Below, piece after piece: positions 18,949 to 28,488 of a stretch of DNA of 64,000 bases. The stretch's first letter is position 1, and every line of letters starts with the position of its first letter. The stretch is taken from the NCBI GenBank assembly GCA_963765625.1, contig CAVXXD010000013.1:103394-167393 (forward strand), given 5' to 3'. The notes below the pieces were generated by a model. The model saw only the letters and a list, made by a program, of their open reading frames with translations. It was not told where the DNA came from and did not search any database. The translations under genes were made by a program, and so were the position numbers. This DNA comes from an uncultured bacterium. Lineage in GTDB: Bacteria > Actinomycetota > Geothermincolia > Geothermincolales > Geothermincolaceae.

Positions 18949-20323
18949 AATCGCGGTAGCTGGAGGAGGGCATGTCGTTGAAACAAGTGAATTCACCGTT
19001 GAAGGTGAGTTTGATCTCGCCGGTGGGACCGTGGCGATGCTTGCCGATGTTCAGCTCGGCCACGCCTTGAACGTCAGGGTTGTCGTGGTCGTAGACCTCT
19101 TCGCGGTAGATGAAGAGAATGAGGTCGGCGTCCTGCTCGATGGCGCCTGACTCCCGCAGGTCGCTCATGATGGGCCGCCGGTTCTGCCGCTTCTCCGGTT
19201 CGCGGGAGAGCTGGCTGACGGCGATGACCGGGACGTTGAACTCGCGGGCGATAACCTTGAGGGCGCGGCTGATGGCGGATATCTCCTGCACGCGGTTCTC
19301 CATGCGCCGGTCGAAGTTCATCAGCTGGATGTAGTCGACGATCACCAGGCCCAGGTCCAGGTTGTCGCGGGTCTTCATCCGCCTGATCTTGGAACGCATC
19401 TCCATGATGCTTACGCCGGCATCGTCATCGATGATGACAGGCGCTTCAGAGAGTACCTTCATGCTGTCGACCAGCCTTTTCCACTCACCGGCGTCGTTTT
19501 TCTTGTACTCGCCCTCGAGGAGTTTCTTGGCATTGACCCGGGCGTGGGAGCAGAGCATGCGCTGGGCCAGTTCCCTGGAGCTCATCTCCAGGCTGAAGAT
19601 GGCCACGGCCTTGCTGGACTTGATGGCGATGTTGGAGGCGATGTTCAGGGCCAGGCTGGTCTTCCCCATGGAAGGGCGGGCCGCCACGATGATGAGGTCT
19701 GCCGGGTGGAGGCCCATTATCTTTTTGTCCAGTTCGACGAACCCGGTGGATATGTAGGAAGATTCTCTTTTCCCGAGGCCCAGCGCTTCCATCTCGTCGT
19801 AGGTCTCCGCCAGCAACATCTTCCAGTTGGCCACCTGCCCGTCCCGTTCCCGGTCGGATATCTGGTAGACGACGTTCTCGGCCTCATCCAGGGAGGCGGC
19901 GATATCTTCGGCCTGGCCATAGCCGATGGCGGTGATGCGGTTGCCGGCCTCGATCAGCCGGCGCCGGGTGGCATGGTCGTGGACGATCTCGGCGTAATTG
20001 ACGGCATTGACGGTGGTAGGGACCAGGGAACAGAGAGCATGCAGGTAGGAACGGTCTCCCACCGCTTCAAGGTCACCCTGGGCGCGCAGGGCCTCCGCGA
20101 CGGTGATAGGGTCGACCGGCTCGCCCCTGCTGTAGAGGACGTAGGCGACCTCGTAGATCTTGCGGTGGGCGTCCTTGTAGAAGTCCTCGGGCAGGAGGAC
20201 TTCGGTGACGTTGGCGATGGCATCCTTCGACAGCATGATCGCGCCCAGCACGGACTGCTCAGCTTCCAGGCTGTAGGGGGGATTGCGGTCGCTCATGCCA
20301 TACATCTGCGCGGTCGTTGCCAT
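18947..20323 (-). CDS. dnaB: replicative DNA helicase
   Basis: DnaB N-terminal domain, Walker A GKTSLALN, H4 motif SQLSR; no intein. Confidence 0.9.
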   Translation of the reverse strand: MATTAQMYGMSDRNPPYSLEAEQSVLGAIMLSKDAIANVTEVLLPEDFYKDAHRKIYEVAYVLYSRGEPVDPITVAEALRAQGDLEAVGDRSYLHALCSLVPTTVNAVNYAEIVHDHATRRRLIEAGNRITAIGYGQAEDIAASLDEAENVVYQISDRERDGQVANWKMLLAETYDEMEALGLGKRESSYISTGFVELDKKIMGLHPADLIIVAARPSMGKTSLALNIASNIAIKSSKAVAIFSLEMSSRELAQRMLCSHARVNAKKLLEGEYKKNDAGEWKRLVDSMKVLSEAPVIIDDDAGVSIMEMRSKIRRMKTRDNLDLGLVIVDYIQLMNFDRRMENRVQEISAISRALKVIAREFNVPVIAVSQLSREPEKRQNRRPIMSDLRESGAIEQDADLILFIYREEVYDHDNPDVQGVAELNIGKHRHGPTGEIKLTFNGEFTCFNDMPSSSYRD

Positions 20324-20380
20324 TCCGCATTACCCCTTACATCATCGGCCGGACACGGGCTTGTCGGTGAAAACCGCCGG

Positions 20381-21010
20381 CTATTCGCCGGCGGCTTCCT
20401 CTACGGGCTCCACGGCTTCGCTCCCGGCTGCCTCGTCGGCCTCGGGGGCCTCCGCAACAGCTTCGGGCTCGGCGGCCACGGCCGGAGCTTCTTCCATGGA
20501 GGCCTCGGCGGCCTCGGGGGCCTCAGCGGCCTCGGTCTTGGGTTCCGGAAGCACGGTGGTTCCGTCCTCGGATACCACCCTGATGTGCACGATGGTCTCT
20601 TCCTGGGGATGGAGCTTGAGCCTGGCCTCGTAGATCCCCACGCGCTTGATGTGCTCATCCAAATGGATCTTTTTGCGATCGACCTCGATGCCCAGTTCGT
20701 CCTTGATGTGCTGCGAGACCTCCTTGGGGGTGATGGTACCGAAGAGCTTGCCTTCCGCTCCCACCTTGACCCGGATCTCGAACTTGTGCTCCTGGATCCT
20801 CTCGGAAACGCCGCGCGCCTTGGACAGTTCGCGGTCGGCCTTGATCATTTTGACCTTGGCCAGCTGCTCTACTTCCTTGGTCTTGCCGCGCGTGGCCCGG
20901 AGCGCCAGGTTCTGCGGTATCAGGAAGTTGTTGGCATAGCCGTCCTTGACCTCGACGATCTGGCCGCGCTCGCCCAAACCCTTAACGCTGGATATAAGAA
21001 TGACTTTCAA
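20381..21010 (-). CDS. rplI: 50S ribosomal protein L9 with ~60-aa Ala/Glu/Pro-rich C-terminal extension
   Basis: MKVILISSVKGLGERGQIVEVKDGYANNFLIP L9 signature; C-terminal low-complexity tail AEAPEAAEASMEEAPAVAAEPEAVAEAPEADEAAG. Confidence 0.85.
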   Translation of the reverse strand: MKVILISSVKGLGERGQIVEVKDGYANNFLIPQNLALRATRGKTKEVEQLAKVKMIKADRELSKARGVSERIQEHKFEIRVKVGAEGKLFGTITPKEVSQHIKDELGIEVDRKKIHLDEHIKRVGIYEARLKLHPQEETIVHIRVVSEDGTTVLPEPKTEAAEAPEAAEASMEEAPAVAAEPEAVAEAPEADEAAGSEAVEPVEEAAGE

Positions 21011-21028
21011 GATCAGCCCTCTCTTTCC

Positions 21029-21283
21029 TTACTTTACTTCGCCCTGGCGGGAAGTATAGGGCACCAGCGCCACCTCACGGGCGTTTTTGACCGCTTTGGC
21101 CACTATCTTCTGGTGCTGGGTGCAATTACCGGTCACCCGGCGGGGCTTGATCTTTCCTTTTTCGGAGAGAAAGCGCTTGATGGTGGGCAGGTCCTTGTAA
21201 TCGAGGAAATCGATTTTATCTTTGCAGAACATGCATACCTTCCGCTTAGGTTTCTTAACGTAGCCCGCTGGCATTTTAACCAA
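21029..21283 (-). CDS. rpsR: 30S ribosomal protein S18
   Basis: KVCMFCKDKIDFLDYKD...TGNCTQHQKI S18 signature. Confidence 0.85.
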   Translation of the reverse strand: MVKMPAGYVKKPKRKVCMFCKDKIDFLDYKDLPTIKRFLSEKGKIKPRRVTGNCTQHQKIVAKAVKNAREVALVPYTSRQGEVK

Positions 21284-21334
21284 CCTCCAATTCCTTTCTA
21301 CTAGTTGATGTCCGGCGGGGCTACGGCTTTGGGT

Positions 21335-21838
21335 CTAAAAGGCGATCTCGTCGTCGGTTTCCGGCAGGACGTTGTCCTCGATCGGCATGTCGCCGAATTC
21401 GTCGTGTACGCCGTTGCCGCCGCGGCCCGGGCCTGTCTGGCCACCTCCGCCTCCGCCTCCGCCTCCTGAATCTCCACCGTATCCTCCGCCGTTGTAGGCG
21501 CCTTCCGAGCGATCGCGGCTGCCAAGGAAGACGACCCGGTCGGCCACGATATCCGTGGCGTAGCGTTTCTGGCCGTCCTGCCCTTCCCAGCTGCGGTTCT
21601 GCAGGCGCCCTTCCACCAGAACCGGCCTCCCCTTGGAGAGATACTCGGCTGACGTCTCCGCCTGCCTCGCCCAGACCACTACGTTAAAGAAGTCGGTCTC
21701 GCGCTCACCCTGCTGGTTGGCGCGGTCGCGGTTGACGGCGATCTTCAGTTTGGTCATCGCCGTGCCGCTGGGCAGGTATCTCAGTTCGGGATCCTGGGTC
21801 AGGTTGCCTACCAAAATCACCCGGTTGTAGCTTGCCAT
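21335..21838 (-). CDS. ssb: single-stranded DNA-binding protein
   Basis: OB-fold N-terminus NRVILVGNLTQDPELRY, Gly-rich linker, acidic tail DDEIAF. Confidence 0.9.
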   Translation of the reverse strand: MASYNRVILVGNLTQDPELRYLPSGTAMTKLKIAVNRDRANQQGERETDFFNVVVWARQAETSAEYLSKGRPVLVEGRLQNRSWEGQDGQKRYATDIVADRVVFLGSRDRSEGAYNGGGYGGDSGGGGGGGGGQTGPGRGGNGVHDEFGDMPIEDNVLPETDDEIAF

Positions 21839-21938
21839 TTCATCCTCCTGTGAATCGTCCTCTGCCTATGGCTTGAATGCTATCAGGCCGCAAAGACGAT
21901 TCGCGTCGCTTGCATCGCCCCTCTTTTCTTTCAAAGAA

Positions 21939-22229
21939 TCAGTCCTGGTTGAGTACGAAGATCTTGAACCGCAGGACCTCGTCGTTGATGGAGAGGACAC
22001 GGTCCAGCTCCGTGATCAGAGGGTTGTCGCCCTTGAAGTTGACTACCGTGTAGTAGCCGTCAGCCTGGTGCTTGATGGGATAAGCAAGATGGCGTTTGCC
22101 CCAGATATCAGTTCTGTCGACAGACCCGCCATACTCGGCGATCAGGCCCGTCGCCCGGTTGAGCAGCGCCTGTTGCTGCTCATCTTCCAGTTCCGCCCGG
22201 CTGATGAGCATGAGCTCATAGTCGCGCAT
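21939..22229 (-). CDS. rpsF: 30S ribosomal protein S6
   Basis: MRDYELMLI...WGKRHLAYPI S6 signature. Confidence 0.85.
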   Translation of the reverse strand: MRDYELMLISRAELEDEQQQALLNRATGLIAEYGGSVDRTDIWGKRHLAYPIKHQADGYYTVVNFKGDNPLITELDRVLSINDEVLRFKIFVLNQD

Positions 22230-22737
22230 ATTTCACCTCCTTCGGTCTAAACGGCCCCCGGTCCCGCCGGGAGCAGAAGGCAATCCCGGTTCGAACATTT
22301 TCGAACCCGCTAGTTTTTTCGAACCGTGTAAATATAGCACAGTGGGAAAGCTGCGTAAACCGGGGTAACTCAATAAGAGCTCCGTCCCTCCTGGAGAGAA
22401 AGCCTCCCTGGGTACCTCCTTAGTACTTAGGCCACTCCACACCAAGAAGACGTGCGGGGCTTGGGGTATGCGAATGTTCGATAAATCATTCGATGGTACA
22501 GCTCGTTACCCGGAGGGTTTCAAATCCCAAATATGGGATAAGTATAAAGGAGCAGCTAAAAGGGGGGCACCGTTCCGTGGAACTGGAAGTAAACGAGCCT
22601 GGAGGAGGCTGCCGGTTTGCTGCAAGAGTATGCGCTCGCGCTGGTCTACGGCGAGAGAAGCCCGCCGCCTTTTAACGCCCATGTCCATCATGCCGCAAAC
22701 AGGGGAGGCAAAACCTAACCTGACAGGAGGAAAGGAC

Positions 22738-24027
22738 ATGTTCAGACGGAATACATCCATGCTGGCCATCTTGGTCATGCTGGCCAGCATAGCCTTAATG
22801 ATAACGCCCGCGGCGGCGGCGACCGGCCCGGGTTACGCCTGGGTGCGGGTGGCTCACGCCTCCCCCGACGCCCCGGCGGTGGACGTATGGGTGGACGGAG
22901 CAGTGGCGGTAAGCGACCTGGCCTTTGGTGAGGTCACCAGCTATCTGCTGGTACCCGCCGGAGCATACAACATCAAGGTCACACCTACCGGGCTCACCAC
23001 CCCGGTGGTCATCGACGCCGACTTGACCTTCGACAAGGGCACAGCCTACACCGTCGCCGCCACGGATTACCTGGCCTCGATCACCCCCATGGTCTACATC
23101 GACGACAATTCCTGGCCCGACCCGGGCGAGGCTAACGCCAATTTCATCCACCTCTCCCCCGACGCCCCAGCGGTGGACGTGGGAGTTGTGGGAGGCGCCA
23201 ACCTTTTTACCGACATAGAGTTCCAGGAGGCCTCGACCTACGTCGGCGTCCCCTCGGGGATTTACGACCTCGAGGTCAAGCTGGCCGGGACCTCCACGGT
23301 GGTCCTGACCCTCAACGACGTGGACCTGATGGCGGGAACGGTCTACACCGTCTTCGCCGAAGGCCTGGCCGGCGGGGGGCCGCCTCCACTGCAGGCGGTA
23401 TTCGCGTCCTTCGCCCCCAAGGGCACGGTGTGGTACCTGGCCGAGGGGTGCACCGAGAGCGATTTCGAGACCTTCATCCTGGTGCAGAACCCCAATTCCA
23501 CCGCCACCACGGTTGGCTTGACCTTCATGACCGACACCGGGGCGGTGACCGGGCCCAGCGCGACCCTGCCACCCTTCTCGCGCCAGACCTGGAAGGCCAA
23601 CGATTACGTCACCAACTGGAACGTCTCCACCCTGGTGGACGCGAACCAGATGGTGGTGGCGGAGCGCTCTATGTATGGGAACAACCGAACCTGGGGACAC
23701 GACTCTATCGGGGTCACCGCGCCCGCCATGCTATGGTACCTGGCTGAGGGTTCCACCCAGGGCGGCTTCGAGACCTTCATCCTGGTGCAGAACCCTGGAG
23801 CGGTAGAGGCCAACGTGGAGTTGACCTTCATGACCGAGGCCGGGCAGGTGGCCGGGCCGTCCATGAAAATACCGCCCCATACGCGCTATACCTGGAAGGC
23901 CAACGACTTCGTCACCAACTGGAACGTCTCCACCATGGTTGAGTCGGATGAGTTAGTCATCGCCGAGCGGGCCATGTACGGGGACAACCGCACCTGGGCT
24001 CACGATTCCATCGGATACGCTCCTTAG
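22738..24027 (+). CDS. secreted DUF4397-domain protein with two C-terminal ~105-aa WYLAEG modules
   Basis: Start moved to MFRRN (22738, GGAGGA RBS) with a signal peptide. Two DUF4397-like halves (VRVAHASPDAPAVDVWVDG / IHLSPDAPAVDVGVVGG) followed by two WYLAEG...QNP...ERSMYG modules; ends SIGYAP like the YVTN gene. Confidence 0.6.
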   Translation: MFRRNTSMLAILVMLASIALMITPAAAATGPGYAWVRVAHASPDAPAVDVWVDGAVAVSDLAFGEVTSYLLVPAGAYNIKVTPTGLTTPVVIDADLTFDKGTAYTVAATDYLASITPMVYIDDNSWPDPGEANANFIHLSPDAPAVDVGVVGGANLFTDIEFQEASTYVGVPSGIYDLEVKLAGTSTVVLTLNDVDLMAGTVYTVFAEGLAGGGPPPLQAVFASFAPKGTVWYLAEGCTESDFETFILVQNPNSTATTVGLTFMTDTGAVTGPSATLPPFSRQTWKANDYVTNWNVSTLVDANQMVVAERSMYGNNRTWGHDSIGVTAPAMLWYLAEGSTQGGFETFILVQNPGAVEANVELTFMTEAGQVAGPSMKIPPHTRYTWKANDFVTNWNVSTMVESDELVIAERAMYGDNRTWAHDSIGYAP

Positions 24028-24053
24028 GCGAGCCGCGAGACCTGTTTCTAATA

Positions 24054-24087
24054 AAGGAGGCCCGGTTCAGCCGGGCCTCCTGTTCTA
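24054..24087 (+). terminator. rho-independent terminator-like hairpin
   Basis: AGGAGGCCCGG-TTCA-CCGGGCCTCCT perfect 11-bp stem 27 nt after the stop of 22738-24027. Confidence 0.5.
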
Positions 24088-24274
24088 TCCGTGCCGGCTC
24101 CTTCCCGCGGTGAACCCGGGGTTATGCCCTCAAGCAGAAAACCAGTCCTTGTGGGGGCAGTAAGCAATGCGATCTGAGTGCCCTTAAGGATTCACATGAT
24201 ACCTGCAGGGTAATATATAAGAAGTAATACGACGATTCTTTCGGCTGACCCGGAGGAGCTGAGGAGGTAGAAGT

Positions 24275-25061
24275 ATGGGCAAACGTCTGGTGGACCTGAG
24301 CATCAGTATCGAGAACGACCTGCCATCCGACCCCCCCATGATGATTCCCAAGGTGACCTACGTCGACCACGCCATGGGGGCGCCGTCCATGACCGAGTTC
24401 TTCCCCGGCATCGACCCGGCGCGCGACCTGCCCGGCGGCGTGGGGTGGGCCCTGGAGTTCGTCACGCTCTCCACCCACTCCGGCACCCACCTGGACGCGC
24501 CCTGGCACTACCACCCCACCATGGACAACGGGGCGCCTTCTTTGACCATCGACCAGGTACCGCTGGAGTGGTGCATGGGCGACGGGGTGGTGCTGGACTT
24601 CCGGGGGTTCGGGGACGGCTACCTGGTCAGCGCGGCGGACATGGAAGCGGCTTTCGAGAAGATGGAGTACCAGCTCAAGCCGGGGGACATCGTGCTGGTG
24701 AATCACCGGCGCCTCCGCCTGGTGGGGCAAGCCGGAGTATCTCCTCAAGGGGTGCGGCATGGGCCGGGAAGCCACCCTGTGGCTGACCGAGCGGGGGGTG
24801 CACGTGGTGGGGACCGACGCCTGGAGCTGGGACCGGCCCCTGCCGCTGATCGCGAAGGAGTACGAGGAGTCGCACGACGCTTCGATAATCTGGGAGGGCC
24901 ACTTCGCCGGCATCGAGAAGGGTTATTGCCACATCGAGAAGCTCACCAACCTGAAGACCCTGCCATCCACCGGCTTCACCTTCTTCTGCTTCCCGGTGAA
25001 GGTCAAGGGCGCCAGTGCCGGCTGGATCCGCGCGGTGGCGCTGGTGGACGAGGACGACTGA
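24275..25061 (+). CDS. cyclase family protein (kynurenine formamidase-like), one frameshift near 24700
   Basis: HSGTHLDAPWHY motif; the C-terminal half (WLTERGVHVVGTDAWSWD) is in the 24759 frame; a 1-nt indel at about 24700 joins them. Confidence 0.6.
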
Positions 25062-25108
25062 GGATCAAGGGCTGAGGTTGGAGTGCTGAGAAGGTTTAGG
25101 GGGGATGC

Positions 25109-25849
25109 GTGATGGTTGAGGAGAAGAAGTTCACGCGGGAGGAGCTGGCGAGACACGACGGGGTTACCGAGCCGACGATATATGTCGCGTACAAGGGCGC
25201 GGTCTACGACGTCACCGCGAGCCCCCTGTGGAAGAAGGGGTCGCACATGCAGCGCCACACCGCCGGGCGCGACCTCACCGCTGAGCTGGGGGCCGCCCCG
25301 CACGGCGAGGAAATGCTCGGCCGCGTGGCCCGCGTGGGGGTGCTGGCCGAAGAGCCGGACACATCCCTGGACCATCTTCCGAAGAGCCTGCGGGTTCTTC
25401 TTCAGAGATACCCGGAGTTGAGGAGGCCGGTCCACCCGGTGGTGGTCCACATCCCCATGGCCTCGGCCCTGCTCGCTCCTTTCTTTGACCTGGCCTACCT
25501 GGCGACGGGGCGGAAGAGCTTCGAGGAGACGGGTTTCTACCTCGAGGTGCTGGCGCTGCTGATGGCGCCAGCGGCCATCGCCAGCGGGGCCTTCAGCTGG
25601 TGGGTGAACTATCGCGCCGGGCGCATGGCCCCCATCATGATCAAGATCCCCGCGGCGGGGGCTTATACGGTGACGGCGGCAGCGCTGGTGGCGTGGCGGG
25701 TGGCCGACCCGGGCGTGCTCGACGAACCCGGGAGCGGGGGCGGGAGCGGTAGCAGGAAGCGCCGCGGCTACCTGGCCCTCTCCATGCTCATGCCCGCCAT
25801 GGCCCTGGTGCTGGGATACTTCGGGGGCAAGATCGCCCACCCACACTGA
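25109..25849 (+). CDS. cytochrome b5-like heme-binding domain protein fused to a membrane domain
   Basis: N-terminal FTREELARHDG...YDVT...HTAGRD (cyt b5/steroid-binding fold), then about four TM helices. Confidence 0.55.
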   Translation: MMVEEKKFTREELARHDGVTEPTIYVAYKGAVYDVTASPLWKKGSHMQRHTAGRDLTAELGAAPHGEEMLGRVARVGVLAEEPDTSLDHLPKSLRVLLQRYPELRRPVHPVVVHIPMASALLAPFFDLAYLATGRKSFEETGFYLEVLALLMAPAAIASGAFSWWVNYRAGRMAPIMIKIPAAGAYTVTAAALVAWRVADPGVLDEPGSGGGSGSRKRRGYLALSMLMPAMALVLGYFGGKIAHPH

Positions 25850-25857
25850 GGAATGGG

Positions 25858-26643
25858 GTGAGTGCCGTGAAGAAAGTGACCGCTCTGGTCGGGAGCGCCC
25901 GCAAAAAAGACACCTACGATGCGGTCCGAGAATTCCTCGACAGGCTGGAGAAGCTCGGCAACGTCGAGAGCGAGATCGTCATGCTCTCGGACTACCGCAT
26001 CGAGACCTGCCGGGGATGCAAGATCTGTTTCACCAAGGGAGAGGAGTTCTGCCCGCACAAGGACGACCGGGACGTGCTGATCGGGAAGATGATGGCCTCG
26101 GACGGCGTTGTCTTCGCTTCGCCCAACTATTCTTTCCAGGTGTCCGGGATAATGAAGGTCTTCCTCGACCGGCTCGGCTTCGCGTTCCATCGCCCCCGGT
26201 TTCACGGCAGGACCTCCACCAGCATCGTGATGCAGGGGATCTATGGGGGGAAGAAGATCGTCAAGTACCTCGATTTCGTGGGGTTCGGGCTCGGCTTTGC
26301 GAAGGTGAAGGGGAGTTGCCACACCGCCTTCGAGCCCATGACCGCCAAGGAGCGGCGGAAGCGCGATAAAGCCCTCGCCAAACACAGCAAACGCTTCTAC
26401 AAGCAGCTGATAAAGCCAGCTGGTCGCGGGCCCAGCCTGCTTGAGCTGCTGCTGTTCTCCATGGCCCGTTCAAGCATGAGTGTGACCCTCGACGACAGTT
26501 CCAGGGACTACCGGTACTATTCCGAACGCGGGTGGTTCGAGTCGGATTATTACACTCCGGTGCGGCTGGGCTTCTTGAAGAAGATTTTGCTCAGGCTCTT
26601 CGACGCGGTGTGGAAGATGGCCTACCGGGGCAAGGCACGATAG
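25858..26643 (+). CDS. flavodoxin-like NAD(P)H-dependent FMN reductase / iron-sulfur flavoprotein family
   Basis: VTALVGSARKKDTYDAV...VVFASPNY flavodoxin-like fold motifs; CRGCKIC...CPH cysteine cluster. Exact start uncertain (GTG at 25858 or 25867). Confidence 0.55.
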   Translation: MSAVKKVTALVGSARKKDTYDAVREFLDRLEKLGNVESEIVMLSDYRIETCRGCKICFTKGEEFCPHKDDRDVLIGKMMASDGVVFASPNYSFQVSGIMKVFLDRLGFAFHRPRFHGRTSTSIVMQGIYGGKKIVKYLDFVGFGLGFAKVKGSCHTAFEPMTAKERRKRDKALAKHSKRFYKQLIKPAGRGPSLLELLLFSMARSSMSVTLDDSSRDYRYYSERGWFESDYYTPVRLGFLKKILLRLFDAVWKMAYRGKAR

Positions 26644-26657
26644 GACGCTAGGCGCCA

Positions 26658-26709
26658 TGTGGAGGTGTGGAGGGTGTGGAGGTTGGTGACAGGCACCTTG
26701 TGGAGGGGG
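26658..26709 (+). promoter_or_regulatory. G-rich GTGGAGG-repeat motif, copy B (TGTGGAGGTGTGGAGGGTGTGGAGGTTGGTGACAGGCACCTTGTGGAGGGGG)
   Basis: Matches copy A with 2-3 substitutions; about 85 nt upstream of the 4Fe-4S gene. Confidence 0.45.
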
Positions 26710-26792
26710 CAGCAGATTGTCGACCGTTTTTGCCTTCTTCCGAGCCTCTTGTTACCTTAATCACAAGTAGAGGCAGACTCAGGAGGTAACGA

Positions 26793-27692
26793 ATGTTTGC
26801 GCATGTCAGCGAATCGGGCAACCGTATGCACCAGCATATCCCTTTCCCCCTCAGCATCCTGGGCCCCAAGTACGAGTACATGATCATGAAGCTGCTAGGG
26901 ATCATGTCGGATACCAACTGGCTTTACCGCTTCCGCATCACCCGCTGGATCGTAGACAAGCTGGCCAACCAGGTGGTCATCCCCATCATCCACGGCGAGG
27001 TGGTGACCCCTGATGAGATCGACAGCCTGGTCCACCAGCTCGAAAAAGAAGGCCACCCCATCTACGTCGGCATATGCGAATGCAGGCACGGCGAGAACCG
27101 CATCGACCCCGAGATGGTCGAGGGGCACGACCCCAACTACACCTGCGTGATGATCGGCGACTGGGGCAGAGGGCCACATCTACAGCTACCCCAGATATTA
27201 CAAGCCCATCAATGCCGACGAGCTGATGGAGCAGACCCGTTTCTGGCACGCGCGAGGACCGGGTGCTCAACGCCTGGGGCATCAGCGCCAGCCACGGTTT
27301 CGTCATCTCCTACTGCCACTGCCAGCCCGAGTACTGTATCCCGCTGCGCCACCAGTTCAAGCGAGGCGATACGGTGTTCAGGCCCGGATACCACTACGCC
27401 GTGGTCGACCAGGAGAAGTGCCAGGGCGTTGATGATTGCGAGTGGGACTGCAGCAAGCGACTGCTGGTTCAACGCCATCAGCGTCGAAGGCGGCAAGCCG
27501 GTGGTCGACACCGAGCGCTGCCACGGCTGCGGCCAGTGCTTCGAGTACTGCCCCACCGGCGCGGCGGCAGCAGTGCGCAAGGAGGACTTCGAGCTCTACT
27601 ATCTGCTCCGACGACCTCCTTCACCCCGAAGCCCGCACCTTATCCGCATCCGCCCCAGCGAAGCAAATAGCGGGGAAGGCAGGGGTTATTGA
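26793..27692 (+). pseudogene. 4Fe-4S dicluster domain protein interrupted by about 3-4 frameshifts (27180-27600)
   Basis: Two ferredoxin motifs (EKCQGVDDCEWDC and ERCHGCGQCFEYCP) lie in different frames (26793, 27263 and 27226 frames). Joining them needs several 1-nt indels. Confidence 0.45.
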
Positions 27693-27826
27693 GGAAGTAG
27701 AGGTCTAGGCCGGGCCCGGACCTCCACTCATCGCAGTCCCTCCCTCCTCCACGTCAGACCCCGATGTGGAGGATTCTTCTTCTCAAATCAAGCCTGAGAT
27801 GAGAGAATAGCGGCTGAGGTTTAACC

Positions 27827-28456
27827 ATGAGCGAATATATAGACAGGATCAAGCTCGCCCTCCGCCGCCCGAGCATCGCCTGGCACCAGTGGCAGCTGCG
27901 CCGCGGCGGCGTCGACGCGGCCCCTTACGTGTGGATATCCGGCAAGCCCGACGTGGCCCTCAGCGCCGGCGCCACCTGCACCATCGGCAACGCCACCTTC
28001 ATCCCTTCCACCATCCAGATCCGCGGCGCCGACCGCGGCCGCATCATCGTCGGCGAGCACTGCAGCATCGACTCCTTCTCCCGCCTCTTCGCGGCCAACG
28101 ACGCCACCCTGAGACTGGAGGAAGGCGTGGCCGTCGGCCCCTTCAACATCATCAACGCCTTCGACGACTGCACCATCAAGCGGAACACCATGCTCGGCCC
28201 CTACGTCAACATCAACTGCGCCGACCACGGCATAGAGATGACCGGCGAATGCATGCGCTTCCAGCCCGGATGCTACGGGCCGGTGGTGATCGAGGAGGAC
28301 TGCTGGATATGCTCCCACGCCGTCATCCTGCGCGGGGTGACCGTGGGCAAGGGCTCGGTGGTGGCGGCGGGTTCGGTGGTCAACTGCGACGTCCCGCCCT
28401 ACAGCATCGTGGCCGGCGTGCCCGCCAAGGTCGTGGGCACGCGCGAGGAATGTTAA
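27827..28456 (+). CDS. hexapeptide-repeat (LbH) acetyltransferase
   Basis: Left-handed beta-helix hexapeptide repeats (IGEHCSIDSFSRL, IKRNTMLGPYVNI, CSHAVILRGVTVGKGSVV), maltose/galactoside O-acetyltransferase-like. Confidence 0.7.
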   Translation: MSEYIDRIKLALRRPSIAWHQWQLRRGGVDAAPYVWISGKPDVALSAGATCTIGNATFIPSTIQIRGADRGRIIVGEHCSIDSFSRLFAANDATLRLEEGVAVGPFNIINAFDDCTIKRNTMLGPYVNINCADHGIEMTGECMRFQPGCYGPVVIEEDCWICSHAVILRGVTVGKGSVVAAGSVVNCDVPPYSIVAGVPAKVVGTREEC

Positions 28457-28488
28457 GAAGAAGAGTCGCACTACGAGAGGAGCTTTTC

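Noticed and set aside
18751-18996. 81-aa ORF containing EKGSDPNFPDLKRGG
   Set aside because: Created by the palindromic repeat. The same KGSDPNF peptide recurs in ORFs 29335-29703 and 30997-31272 only because they read through copies of the repeat, so these are not genes.
19544-21304. 586-aa plus-strand ORF
   Set aside because: Antisense to dnaB and rplI/rpsR, which are unambiguous.
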